A stretch of 64,000 bases of DNA from Candidatus Eiseniibacteriota bacterium (GTDB taxonomy: Bacteria > Eisenbacteria > RBG-16-71-46): NCBI GenBank assembly GCA_038231135.1, contig JBBRLX010000016.1, positions 22,751 to 86,750 on the forward strand. The letters are read 5' to 3'. The notes beneath the pieces were generated by a model, which worked only from the letters and a program-made list of their open reading frames with translations, made no database searches and was not told the origin of the DNA. Below are positions 20,358 to 32,298 of this stretch, piece by piece; the first letter of the stretch is position 1; each line of letters starts with the position of its first letter. Both the position numbers and the translations under genes were made by a program.

Positions 20358-20744
20358 TTAGCGGCCTCCCATGCCGGCGCCTTCGTTGTAGCAGTGTGAC
20401 CGGCAGTCACGCTCCCGGTTGCGAAGGTCGAGCACCACGTTCTGATGCCGCGCGACTTCGCTCTTCCGGCAGGTCGCGTTGCCGCCGCAATGCTTCAGCG
20501 CATCACGGAACCTACGATTCTCCGCCTTGATCCCCTGCTGATAGTTCTTGCGGCAGTCGTGCACGCACTTGCCGTGACCGTGGCCGTTACCGTTCGCATC
20601 GTCGATGCTGGCGGTCTGATTGAGATCGAGGCCGGTGACGTTGTCCGACACCGTCCGGCATTGCGACAGGCCCACGAGCGCGAGGGCGAGGGATCCACAC
20701 AGAATGACGCGCGAGAAGATGCGGCGAGGGTGCTGAGCGTCCAT
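20358..20744 (-). CDS. Cys-ladder helical-hairpin lipoprotein-like protein (copy 1), 128 aa
   Basis: GGAG RBS; hydrophobic signal ending LSQC; CX3C-X21-CX5C-X21-CX3C; paralog at 40831. Confidence 0.85.
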   Translation of the reverse strand: MDAQHPRRIFSRVILCGSLALALVGLSQCRTVSDNVTGLDLNQTASIDDANGNGHGHGKCVHDCRKNYQQGIKAENRRFRDALKHCGGNATCRKSEVARHQNVVLDLRNRERDCRSHCYNEGAGMGGR

Positions 20745-21142
20745 TGCGTTCTCCATTTCGGATCGATCGATCGCGGTCGGCTCATGCGCCGCCGCCGACG
20801 GAAGACATCCGGCTCCCGGTGTCTTCACCGGGTCCGTTCCATGGTTACTACTACCGGGCACGGTCAGCAGCAAGCATGCCAGCCATTTTTTCCGCATTTT
20901 GCGGGCAGAACCCGCCGTTCACACACCGTTGTGAAACCCGCGATATCAGGAGCAAACACCCGCGGCGTTCACCGGGTGTCCCTATCGTGAACCCGGGTAT
21001 CGGCTCGGCCCGTTCCGAGGTGTAACGGTTTCCGGGAGCGTGTAGGTCCTACACCCGGATCCGCAGAGGCCGGGCGACCGGGTCGGCGGGAAGTTCCGAG
21101 GAACAAGCGGAGCCCCGGCCGCGCCCGGAGCGCGGATCGTGT

Positions 21143-24100
21143 CTAGGGCTTCCGCGACACCGGCGCCTGGGCGGCGGACGCGCGGATGCCGTCGACACGG
21201 AACCCCGCATCCCGGCCGGCCCTGACCAGGCGGTCCACCAGTTCCTCGATGTTCCGGCACTCGGCAGTCGTGCGGGCGGCCGAGGGTGGCGTGACCGCGC
21301 GCGACTCGCTCGCGGCGGCCGCCGCGAGCGTATGGAGCCATTCCTCCCACGCTTCCTGGCTCAGCCACTCGATCCCCGCGTGATCGTGAACGTGCAGCAC
21401 GCGGCGCACGCGGTCGGTGGTGAACCAGGCGTCGAGCAGCGTGGCGAGGTCGAGGTCGCCGCGGGCCACCGCCCGGAACGGTTCGGCGTTCTCGAGCCAG
21501 GCGGCGATCATCGCGGTGCGCCGGCCGGCGTCCGCGCGCGAACTGCCCAGCGCGTGCAGCGCGTCCTCGACGACGCGGTTCCAGCGCCATGTGACGAGCC
21601 GGTCCCGTGCCGCGGCGGCGCCATCGCGACCATCCGCGACACGGCCGAGTCCCGCCACCATCACGCCGGCCAGCAACGCGTCGACGGGAGCCGGTCCCGG
21701 TTCGAGCGCGAGCGCGGCCGCCAGGCGGTCGATCGTCTGTTCGCCAAGCGCGTGCAGGTCACCCGACCCGCCGCCATGATCACGCACCGCGGTCGCGGCC
21801 ACATTCCAGCGTCCGGTCAGCTCGCCACGCAGCGCGCCCTCGAGCCCGGCCACGGGCGCCGGCTTGCCCTCGGCGTGCGCCGCGGCGCCGGCCGCCGCCG
21901 CGGTAGGAACGAGCTCCCCGCCCGCTTCCGGCACCGCCGGGCCGTCCGCACCGGCGGTGGCCGCGGGGGCCGCGGGACGGCCCGCGCCGGACACGTCCGC
22001 ACTTCGCCGCGCCGCCGTCACCAGCCGGCCGAGCACGTGCGGGTTCAGCCATTCGCGGAACGGTCCGAGCAATGGCTCGAGCTGCAACTCGGCCAGCGCC
22101 TCCTCCATGTCCGGTACGCCGCGGCCCCCGAGCCGGGCCGCGAGCCGTGCCCACGGCCGCCCCGGCACATCGAGCTCCTCGCGAAATCCCAGGAACACCT
22201 GGCACTGATAGGCCTCGAGCACCACGTGGAGCCCGCGATCGTGCAGCTCGGGGGTGCTTCGCAGGAATTCCAGCTGGGAACGCTGCTCGCGGAACACGCA
22301 GAACCGGTCGGAGCCGCGGCCGAGGCCGAGCCCGTGCGCGAGCGTCCGGCGGCGCAGCACCCGCGCATCGCCCCGCCCCTCGGCGACCGCCACCGCACCA
22401 TGGATCCAGCCGTCGGTACGGGCGAACCGGTTGTGATAGAGCACGAGCGCGCGTTCGTCGCCGGCGCGATTCGAATAGGCGAACACGTCCTCGTTGACCC
22501 CGCCGCCCGTCGTGAAGTCGTAGAGCTGGAACGCATGGGCCTCGGCGAACACCCGGCGGCGATGAAGCAACGGGACGATCTCGTGCTCGTGGCGCGCCAC
22601 GAGCCCCAGGTCCGGGGTCTCGTCGCGGCCCGCGCGGCGGAACTCCATGCCGTAGCGCTCCGTGAAACCTTCGAACTGCCCGTGCCCGAACATCGGCAGG
22701 CCGGGCAGCGTCACCATCAGGGTGCACACGCCGAAGTACTTGTCGCCGGTGCCGAATTGGTCGACGGCGGTGCGCTCGTCGGGGTTGCTCATGAAGTTCA
22801 CGTAGCGCTTGAGAATCTCGGGATCGAACTCGAGGGTGTTCCGGATCACGGCGCGATAGTTCGCATTGTCCTCGTCGCGCAGCATGTTCATGAACGCGCT
22901 GTTGTAGACGCGGTGCATGCCGAGCGTCCGTACGAAGTACCCTTCCATGAGCCAGAACGCCTCGGCCAGCAGCAGCGTGTCGGGACTCTCTTTGGCGACG
23001 CGGTCCACGACCTCGCGCCAGAACTCCACGGGCATCGCGCGGTCGAACTCCGCGCGCGTGAGCCCGTGCTCCGCGCGCGACGGAATCGCTCCGCCGCCGC
23101 CGGGCTCCGGGAACCACAGCCGCTGGTAGTGCTTCTTCGCCAGCGTCATCGCGGCGTCGAGCCGGATCACCGGGAACCGCCTCGCCACCTCGAGGATCGT
23201 GCCGATCACGGCGTTCCGCACCTCGGCCTGCAGATAGTCGAGCTGCGCCGTGTCGTTCCACGGCATCGAGGTGCCGTCGTTCCCATGGTAGACGTAGCGC
23301 ACGTCGCCCGAGCCGCGCTCCGCGCGGCGGAACACCACCGCCGCGTCGGTGCGGTCGTAGTAGTGATCCTCGAGCTGGATCGTGACGTTCGGATCCCACG
23401 ACAGGTCGGGACCGTGGAACGTGTAGCCCGGGAACGGGCTGTCGCGCAGCGACAGGAACCAGTCGGGATGCTCCACGACCCAGCGCGAGTCGATGCCCAT
23501 GTGGTTCGGCACCATGTCGCTCGCGAGCCTTATCCCGTGGTGCTCGAGCCGGGCGCTCAGCGCGTCGCACGCGGCCTCGCCGCCGAGCGATCCCGCGATG
23601 CGGTACTCGAGCAGCGAGTAGGCCGACGCGTCGGCATCGGGATTGCCGGTGAGTTGCTTGATGCGCCGCGACGCCGGGCTCCGCTCCCACAACCCGATCA
23701 GCCACAGCGAGTTGATTCCCCAGCGCGCGAGCCGTTCCAGCTCCGGCTCGGGAATCTGGTCGAGCCGGTCGACGGGTTGCGAGTAGGCGCGCGCGAGCTG
23801 GTCGAGCCACACCTGGGCGCTCTTCGCCATCAGCACGACCTGCGGCATCCAGTCGCGATCGGGCGTGAACCGCTCGGTTTCCTGCTCATGGCCGCCGAAC
23901 GTCGCGACCTGGCCCCGCATGTCGCCGCCGGGCGCCGCACCCCGCCGCATGCGTTCGGCGCGCTCGTCCTCGCGGATCACGTCGAGCGTCGTGAGCAGCC
24001 GGTCGAGAAACGCGCCGAGCAGATCACCCCACCGCCGCCTGATGTAGTCGAGCTGACCGGACAGCGAGTGCGGTGCTTCGATGCGCGGACTCTCGAGCAT

Positions 24101-24730
24101 GCGAATCAGCGGTTCCTGGTCCGGACCGAACCCCGGCTCGCGGTCGAAGAACTCGCGCAGCGCCTCGATCGCGCCGGCGTAGCCGGTCGCGGCGAGCGGC
24201 GCGTCGTCGAACAGCTCGCGGTACGGTTCGAACGCGGGATTGGTGTTCGCGAGCGCCAGCATCAGCAACTCCTCCAGCATCGGCTCGCGATGCGGCACCC
24301 CCGCCGTCGAGCCGGCCAGATAGGCGTCGAGCCCGAGCTCGCCGCGATGCACCGCCAGCGGCGGAAACGTGTCGCCGAACGCGTGCAGCAGCGCCTGGAA
24401 CCGCGCGGCACCGAGCCGCGACTCGACGTGCCGGGCCGCCCGCGCGACCACGTCGCGCGACACCTGCTCGCGGTAGAGCGCCGCCACGTAGTGCAGGATC
24501 TCGTCGATCAGGCCGAGCGCGTGGAGCTGACCGGTTGGCACGGTGAGCTCGGGATGCCTGCTCGAGTCCCGGGCCTGGTTCATCCGCCACGCCAGCCGGC
24601 GCGTCGCCGCGGGATCGGCGAGGACCACGTTGCCGGTGAGCGAGAACCACGGCATGTCGATGCCGTAACGCTCGCGTGCGGCGCGCGAGACGTGGAACTC
24701 CATCGTGATCGGCCGGGGGTCCTGGGTCAT
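21143..24730 (-). CDS. Large GH13 alpha-amylase-family glycoside hydrolase
   Basis: DMVPNHMG, WNDTAQLDY, RLDAAM, LAEAFW, NPDE conserved regions. Confidence 0.92.
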   Translation of the reverse strand: MTQDPRPITMEFHVSRAARERYGIDMPWFSLTGNVVLADPAATRRLAWRMNQARDSSRHPELTVPTGQLHALGLIDEILHYVAALYREQVSRDVVARAARHVESRLGAARFQALLHAFGDTFPPLAVHRGELGLDAYLAGSTAGVPHREPMLEELLMLALANTNPAFEPYRELFDDAPLAATGYAGAIEALREFFDREPGFGPDQEPLIRMLESPRIEAPHSLSGQLDYIRRRWGDLLGAFLDRLLTTLDVIREDERAERMRRGAAPGGDMRGQVATFGGHEQETERFTPDRDWMPQVVLMAKSAQVWLDQLARAYSQPVDRLDQIPEPELERLARWGINSLWLIGLWERSPASRRIKQLTGNPDADASAYSLLEYRIAGSLGGEAACDALSARLEHHGIRLASDMVPNHMGIDSRWVVEHPDWFLSLRDSPFPGYTFHGPDLSWDPNVTIQLEDHYYDRTDAAVVFRRAERGSGDVRYVYHGNDGTSMPWNDTAQLDYLQAEVRNAVIGTILEVARRFPVIRLDAAMTLAKKHYQRLWFPEPGGGGAIPSRAEHGLTRAEFDRAMPVEFWREVVDRVAKESPDTLLLAEAFWLMEGYFVRTLGMHRVYNSAFMNMLRDEDNANYRAVIRNTLEFDPEILKRYVNFMSNPDERTAVDQFGTGDKYFGVCTLMVTLPGLPMFGHGQFEGFTERYGMEFRRAGRDETPDLGLVARHEHEIVPLLHRRRVFAEAHAFQLYDFTTGGGVNEDVFAYSNRAGDERALVLYHNRFARTDGWIHGAVAVAEGRGDARVLRRRTLAHGLGLGRGSDRFCVFREQRSQLEFLRSTPELHDRGLHVVLEAYQCQVFLGFREELDVPGRPWARLAARLGGRGVPDMEEALAELQLEPLLGPFREWLNPHVLGRLVTAARRSADVSGAGRPAAPAATAGADGPAVPEAGGELVPTAAAAGAAAHAEGKPAPVAGLEGALRGELTGRWNVAATAVRDHGGGSGDLHALGEQTIDRLAAALALEPGPAPVDALLAGVMVAGLGRVADGRDGAAAARDRLVTWRWNRVVEDALHALGSSRADAGRRTAMIAAWLENAEPFRAVARGDLDLATLLDAWFTTDRVRRVLHVHDHAGIEWLSQEAWEEWLHTLAAAAASESRAVTPPSAARTTAECRNIEELVDRLVRAGRDAGFRVDGIRASAAQAPVSRKP

Positions 24731-24881
24731 CGGATTTCCGGATGGGTGCGGAGCTTGGCCCGCGCCGGCGTTCGGTTCGCCGCCGGTATTCGGGGATGCG
24801 CGGACAGTGCATCGTAGCAGACCGAGCCGCGCCCCGTTCCCGCCGCTGGCGGAGGGGTCCGGGATCGCGCACCATGGAGTG

Positions 24882-26647
24882 ATGAGCGACCCCGAGTCCC
24901 GCGCGCTGGCCGCACGCGGCGCCGAAGTCATCCTGGCGGCGTTCCGGATGTATCTCGAGCGGTTCCGCGAGCTGACCCACCTCGCCCGCGGGCACTTCGA
25001 GCGCCGCGAATGGCACGCCATGCACGACGTCTCCACGCGCCGCCTCGACCTCTACACGCTGCGCGTCGACGCGGGCATCGCGGCGCTGGGCGTGCTGCTG
25101 GGGCCGCGCCTCGAGAGCCGCGGGTTCTGGACTCCGATCCGCGCCGCCTATGAACGGGCGATTGCCGGCGATCGCGATGACGACCTGGCGGAGACGTTCT
25201 TCAATTCCTTCACCCGCCGGATCTTCCACACCATCGGCGTCGATCCCGGCGTGGAATTCGTGATCCCGGCGTCGCCGTACGTGCGCGTATTCGGCCAGCC
25301 GTGGAGCCTGACGGCGACGTTCACCCCCCGCGACACCCACGCCGGCCTCTACCAGGACGTGCTCGAGCACTACCGGTTCGATGTCCCCTGGGACGACGCG
25401 GCGGGTGACGCGGCGCGCATCGCCGCGGCGGTCGAGGCCGAGCTCGGCGCCGCGGCCACGTCGCTGGAACTCGTGCGCTCGGTGTTCTACCGCAATACCG
25501 CCGCCTATATCGTGGGCAAGCTCCGCGCCGGCGACCTCGAACGCCCGTTCCTGCTCGCGCTGTCGAACCCCGCGGAACGCATCGAGGTCGACGCGGTGCT
25601 GCTCACCGTCGACGAGGTGAGCATCGTGTTCAGTTTCGCGCGGTCGTATTTCCTCGTCGAGATGGACTCGCCGCGCGAGCTGGTCGAATTCCTGAGATCG
25701 ATCATGCCGCTCAAGCCGATCGCCGAGCTGTTCATCGCGGTCGGCTGCAACAAGCACGGCAAGACCGAGCTGTACCGCTCGCTGCTGAATCACCTGCGCA
25801 AGACCGACGAGCCGTTCGAGATCGCCCCGGGCCAGCGCGGCATGGTGATGAGCGTGTTCACGCTGCCGGGGTTCGACGTGGTGTTCAAGGTGCTGCGCGA
25901 TCGCTTCGCGCCCCCGAAGACGGTCACGCACGCGGAGGTGCTCGAGAAGTACCGGATGGTGTTCCGGCACGACCGCGCGGGCCGGCTGGTGGACGCCCAG
26001 GAGTTCGAACACCTGGCGTTCGACCGGCGGCGGTTCTCGGACGCCCTGCTCGAGGAACTGACCACCTCGGCGTCGAATTCCATCCAGCTGGGGGGCGACC
26101 GGGTGGTGTTCCGGCGCCTGTTCACCGAGCGCCGCCTCCGTCCGCTCGACATGTACCTGCCCGAATCCTCCCCGGAGGCGGCCCGGGAGGCGGTGGTGGA
26201 CTATGGCCAGGTGCTCCGGGACCTTGCCGCGACGAACATCTTCCCGGGTGATATGCTGCTGAAGAACTTCGGCGTGTCGCGCCACGGCCGGCTGATCTTC
26301 TATGATTACGATGAGTTGTGCCGTCTGACCGACTGCAATTTCCGCACGCTCCCGCCCGCGCGCCACGCCGATGAGGAGCTGGCGCAGGAGCCGTGGTTCT
26401 ACGTCGGCGAGCGCGACATCTTTCCCGAGGAGTTCCGGGCGTTTCTGGGTCTCGACGGCCCGCTGCTCGAAACGTTCCTCGGGGCGCACGCCGAGTTGCT
26501 CGAAGCCGGGTTCTGGCGCCGCATGCAGGAGCTGCACGAACGCGGCGAAGTGCTCGATGTGTTTCCATACAAGGACTCGCGGCGGTTGCGCCGCGTGCCA
26601 CCGGCGCCGGCCGAGACCCGCGCCGTCCCACCCCGGGGAGCCGGATC

Positions 26648-26651
<4 letters not shown>
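24882..26651 (+). CDS. aceK: Isocitrate dehydrogenase kinase/phosphatase
   Basis: [41 protein letters not shown]. Confidence 0.96.
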
Positions 26652-27931
<1,280 letters not shown>

Positions 27932-28007
27932 CGGCCCGTTCCATGCATTGCTTCCCCATGAGACACACGCGCTGAACACACCCGACCAGGAAACGAGAGC
28001 CAAGAAC

Positions 28008-29846
28008 ATGATCGATGATCGAACCCCGGACTCCGAAGCACCGGCGCCAGCCGCCACTCCCACCCTCGACGAGGACGACGCCGGATCCACGGCGGAGTTC
28101 GCGACGGTGCTCGCCGAGCACGAGCGCGCCACGCACGTGGCCGCGGACGTCGTCCGCGAATTCGAGGTCGGCGCCCGGGTGCGGGGAACCCTGATCTCGA
28201 TCGGAGACGAGCACTCGCTCGTCGATGTCGGTGGCCGCAGCGAAGGCGTGATCGAGACCCGCCATCTCAAGAACGAGTCCGGCGCCCTCGAGCGGCAGGT
28301 GGGGGACGCGCTGGAGTTGTTCGTGGTTCAGGCGGGCGATTCGCTCGTCCTCGCTCCCTCCGTCAAGGCGGAGCCGAAGGCCGCGCTGCAGCAGTTGCGC
28401 GAGGCGCTCGCGAGCAGGATCCCGGTGTCGGGCAAGGTCACCGGCCGGAATGCCGGCGGGCTCGAAGTCGACGTGTCGGGCGTGCGCGGATTCTGTCCGG
28501 CGTCGCAGATCGAACTGGGATTCTGCGCCGACCCGTCGGTCTACGTGGGGCGGACGCTCGAATTCCTCGTCACCGAGATCAAGGACGGCCGCAACGTCGT
28601 GATGTCGCGGCGCGGGCTGCTCAAGCGCGCGTCCGAGGAGCAGGGCAAGCGCCTGCTCGATACCATCAAGCCCGGCGACGATCTCAAGGGTCGCGTCGCG
28701 CGGCTCGAGCCGTTCGGCGCGTTCGTCGATCTCGGGGGCATCGACGGGCTCGTGCACGTCTCCGAGATTCGCCACGACCGCACCGGGCATCCGTCCGAGG
28801 CGCTCAAGGTCGGCGAGTCCGTCCAGGTGCGCGTGCTGCGGGTCGACAAGGGCAAGGACGGCAAGCCGAGGGTGGCGCTGTCCATCAAGGCGGCCGCGCC
28901 CGATCCGTGGGTCGGCATCGAGACCCGCTTCGCCGCCGGCGATCGCGTCACCGGCACGGTGGTGAGGCTCACCGATTTCGGGGCGTTCGTGAACCTCGCC
29001 CCCGGCATCGACGGACTCGTGCACGTATCCGAGGTCTCGTCGCATCCGGTCGCGCACGCCAAGGACGTGCTCGCGCCGCAGCAGCAGATCGAAGCCGTCG
29101 TGCTCGGCGTGGATCCGGTGAAGAAGCGCATCGCGCTGTCGATTCGCGATGCCGCCGCCGGCGCCTCGGCGGTCCCGGATCGCATGCCCAAGGCGGGCGA
29201 GACGGCGGAAGGCTTCGTGTCGGGCATCAAGCCGTTTGGCCTGTTCGTCGATCTGCCGGCGTTCGGACGGCGCGCGCGCGGGCTCGTGCCGCGCGAGGAA
29301 ACGGGTGCGCCCCGGGACTCCGATCTCACGCGGGAGTTCACGACCGGCCAGGCACTCGAAGTCGAAGTCGTCGACGTGAAGGACGGCAGGATCAGGCTGC
29401 GAATGCGCGGCGTGACCACGGCGGTGGAAGGCGCGGTCACGCCGGGCGGCGTGCGCGTCGTCGAGTCGCGGCCGCCCATGGATCGCGAAGCGGGACGCGA
29501 GGGCTCGCGCGAAGGCGGCCGTGACGGACGGCGCACCGAGGGCCGGGGTGGCGACGCCCGCGGCGGCCGGCGCGACGAGGGCCGTGGCGCGGGCGGCGGT
29601 GGCGGGGCGGGCCGTGCGCCGCGGGGCGGCGGCGGCCGGCGCGATGTGGGTCGCGGGGAAGCCCACGATACGCATGGCGGGCGCGATGACGGCCGGACAG
29701 GCGGCCGCGACGAGTCGCGCGACAACCGGCGCGATTCGCGGCCCGTGCAGATTCCGCAACGGCAGCCGGACAACGAACCCACCGTGATGGCGCTCGCGTT
29801 CAAGAAGGCGCTGGAGAAGGCTCGCGAGAAGGAACAGAAGTCCTGA
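28008..29846 (+). CDS. Multi-S1-domain RNA-binding protein (RpsA-like) with Gly/Arg-rich tail
   Basis: Five S1 repeats (FGAFVDLGGIDGLVHVSE etc.), RG/GG-rich low-complexity C-terminus. Confidence 0.88.
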   Translation: MIDDRTPDSEAPAPAATPTLDEDDAGSTAEFATVLAEHERATHVAADVVREFEVGARVRGTLISIGDEHSLVDVGGRSEGVIETRHLKNESGALERQVGDALELFVVQAGDSLVLAPSVKAEPKAALQQLREALASRIPVSGKVTGRNAGGLEVDVSGVRGFCPASQIELGFCADPSVYVGRTLEFLVTEIKDGRNVVMSRRGLLKRASEEQGKRLLDTIKPGDDLKGRVARLEPFGAFVDLGGIDGLVHVSEIRHDRTGHPSEALKVGESVQVRVLRVDKGKDGKPRVALSIKAAAPDPWVGIETRFAAGDRVTGTVVRLTDFGAFVNLAPGIDGLVHVSEVSSHPVAHAKDVLAPQQQIEAVVLGVDPVKKRIALSIRDAAAGASAVPDRMPKAGETAEGFVSGIKPFGLFVDLPAFGRRARGLVPREETGAPRDSDLTREFTTGQALEVEVVDVKDGRIRLRMRGVTTAVEGAVTPGGVRVVESRPPMDREAGREGSREGGRDGRRTEGRGGDARGGRRDEGRGAGGGGGAGRAPRGGGGRRDVGRGEAHDTHGGRDDGRTGGRDESRDNRRDSRPVQIPQRQPDNEPTVMALAFKKALEKAREKEQKS

Positions 29847-30184
29847 GCAGCGGACGCGTCCGGCCGGGGCTGCCGGAGGATGCGTCGGAAGGGGAGCCTG
29901 CACGCCTTCGAGCGGCTTCCTCCATTCGGCCCGATGTCCTGCCTTGCGCCACCCGCCAGTGACGCTGCGTTTCCAACGGTCCGATCGGCGCCGGCTCCCC
30001 CGCCGTGACGCACCGGCATGACAGGGCAATTCGGGGGCCGGAATTGCACAGATTGTGTTAACGCCATGCCTTCACGCCTGATGTCGCAGACAGTTCCCGC
30101 TTTACGTGAAGATGGCTCGGGGGATTCTGTCGTCAGGCCTTTACAGCCCCGGGGATGCGAGCGCTGGCGTCCCGCCGGGATCGA

Positions 30185-30868
30185 TCAGCGGTAGAGGTTG
30201 CGGAGGCGTCCCCAGGTCGTGGGGATCGTGGGCGTGTTGTGCCCCACGAGTTGGAACCGGTCGACGCCCACGTCACCCGTCACGAGATCGGGCGACTGGG
30301 TGAATGGGGCCTGGTCGTGGCGGATCAGCACGATCTGCACCCCCTGCAATGCGCTCGTCCAGCCCAGACCGTTGTCGGTGATGATGTGCGTGAACTTCGT
30401 GGAATCGCGGACGTCGACGACGAATTCCGCCCACGTGTTCGCCGGGGGCACGAAGCCCTGGTTGTACTGCCACAGGTTCGCGCCGGAACCGAACGCGAAG
30501 TGGATCTCGAGCGGATTCGCGGCGCCGACGTCGTTCAGGCAGAAGCGCACCTCGAACACCCCCGCCGCGAGCCAGTCGCCGGCATATTCGGCGCCGCTCG
30601 ACTTGGCGCCGAGGTGCCCGTTGGCGGGGGTCGCGAGCAACAGGTAGCCGTCCGCGGCGCCGTCGACGCCGCCGGTGCCGGGATTCGTCACCGTCCCCCC
30701 GCCGCCCGCGCCGCCGTCCCACGTGCTCGTGTCGTGGGTCCAGTTCTCGACGAACCCCGGAACGGGCGCGGCGGCCGCGACGGCCACGGCCACGCCGCCG
30801 GATGCTGCGAACGCCAGTGCCACCGCGAAGCGGCGGCGCGAATCGAAATACGCAATCGTTCGTTGCAC
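30185..30868 (-). CDS. Secreted hypothetical protein with C-terminal TTWGRLRNLYR tail
   Basis: Signal peptide; beta-rich body; PT..TWG...LYR terminus. Confidence 0.75.
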   Translation of the reverse strand: MQRTIAYFDSRRRFAVALAFAASGGVAVAVAAAAPVPGFVENWTHDTSTWDGGAGGGGTVTNPGTGGVDGAADGYLLLATPANGHLGAKSSGAEYAGDWLAAGVFEVRFCLNDVGAANPLEIHFAFGSGANLWQYNQGFVPPANTWAEFVVDVRDSTKFTHIITDNGLGWTSALQGVQIVLIRHDQAPFTQSPDLVTGDVGVDRFQLVGHNTPTIPTTWGRLRNLYR

Positions 30869-30962
30869 GGAACCCTCGAGACTGGGCCGGACCGGCGTTC
30901 GGAACGCACGGACATGCGGTCGACGCGAGGATAACCTATCCTCAGCACACGGAGGGTTTCCA

Positions 30963-32279
30963 ATGACTCATCGCAAGCGGCTCGCGATCCTCGTTGCCGG
31001 GGGTCCCGCGCCCGGCATCAACAGCGTGATCGGCGCCGCCACCATTCGTGCCGCCATCGAGAACGTCGAGGTGCTCGGCATCGAAGACGGCTTCGAATGG
31101 CTCATGCAGGGCGACATCGACCACGTCCGGCCGCTGACGATCGCCGGCGTGAGCCGCATCCATTTCCGCGGCGGCTCGCACATCGGGATCTCGCGCGCGA
31201 ACCCCACGACCGACTCCGAGCACCTCGAGAACACCGTGATGTCGCTGCTGCGGCTCGGCGTCGAGGACCTGATCACGATCGGGGGCGACGACACGATGTT
31301 CTCGGCGATGCGGCTCGAGCAGCAGGCGCAGGGGCGCATCCATATCGTCCATGTGCCCAAGTCGATCGACAACGATCTCGACCTGCCGCCGTACGTAGAC
31401 ACGTTCGGCTACCAGACCGCCCGGCACGTCGGTGTCGAGTTGCTCGAGAGCCTGATGGTCGACGCCAAGACCACGTCGCGCTGGTACTTCGTGATCGCCA
31501 TGGGCCGCAAGGCCGGCCACCTGGCGCTCGGCATGGGCAAGGCGGCGGGCGCCACGCTCACGCTGATCGCGGAGGAATTCGTGTCGCGGCCGATCCGGCT
31601 GAAGACGCTGGTCGACACGCTGGCGGGCGCCGTGATCAAGCGGCTCAACGACGGCCGGCGCGACGGCGTGGCGGTGATCGCCGAGGGCGTCGTGCTCGAC
31701 CTCGATCCCGGCGACCTGGCGCTCGTCGAGGAGGCGGAGCACGACGACCACGGCAACCTGCGCATCGCCGAGGTCAACATTGGCGAGATCCTGAAGCACG
31801 CCGTGCAGCAGCGGCTCCGCACGTTCGGCATCCCGGCCACGATCGTCGCGAAGAACATCGGCTACGAGCTGCGCTGCGCGGACCCGATCCCGTTCGACAT
31901 GGATTACACGCGCGACCTGGGTTACTGCGCGACCAAGGCGCTGCTGTCCGGTTTCAACGCGATCACGGTGTCGATGCAGGCCGGCCACTTCGTGCCGATT
32001 CCGTTCACGACGCTGATCGATCCCGCCACCGGGCGCGCGCGCATCCGGCTGGTGGACGTGCGGTCCACGCGCTACGCGATCGCGCGGCGCTACATGATCC
32101 GGCTGCGCCGTGACGATTTCGAGGATGCCCACGCGCTGGCGAAATTCGCCGCGACCGCGGGACTGTCGCTCGAGGAGTTCCGCGAGCAGTTCGAATCGCT
32201 GGTGGCCGACGAGCCACCGCATCTCGACCTCGGCCCGCCGCCGCCGGTCGAGCACGACTCCGCGGCGCGCCGCCGGTGA
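30963..32279 (+). CDS. pfp: Pyrophosphate-dependent phosphofructokinase
   Basis: GGPAPGIN, GGDD and PKSIDND (PPi-type signature residues), MGR, GYELR. Confidence 0.9.
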   Translation: MTHRKRLAILVAGGPAPGINSVIGAATIRAAIENVEVLGIEDGFEWLMQGDIDHVRPLTIAGVSRIHFRGGSHIGISRANPTTDSEHLENTVMSLLRLGVEDLITIGGDDTMFSAMRLEQQAQGRIHIVHVPKSIDNDLDLPPYVDTFGYQTARHVGVELLESLMVDAKTTSRWYFVIAMGRKAGHLALGMGKAAGATLTLIAEEFVSRPIRLKTLVDTLAGAVIKRLNDGRRDGVAVIAEGVVLDLDPGDLALVEEAEHDDHGNLRIAEVNIGEILKHAVQQRLRTFGIPATIVAKNIGYELRCADPIPFDMDYTRDLGYCATKALLSGFNAITVSMQAGHFVPIPFTTLIDPATGRARIRLVDVRSTRYAIARRYMIRLRRDDFEDAHALAKFAATAGLSLEEFREQFESLVADEPPHLDLGPPPPVEHDSAARRR

Positions 32280-32298
32280 CCGCCGCGCGCCGGCGCGA

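Noticed and set aside
20358..20744. Cys-ladder proteins as c-type cytochromes or classic RiPP precursors
   Set aside because: No CxxCH motif and no adjacent radical SAM, YcaO or Lan enzymes
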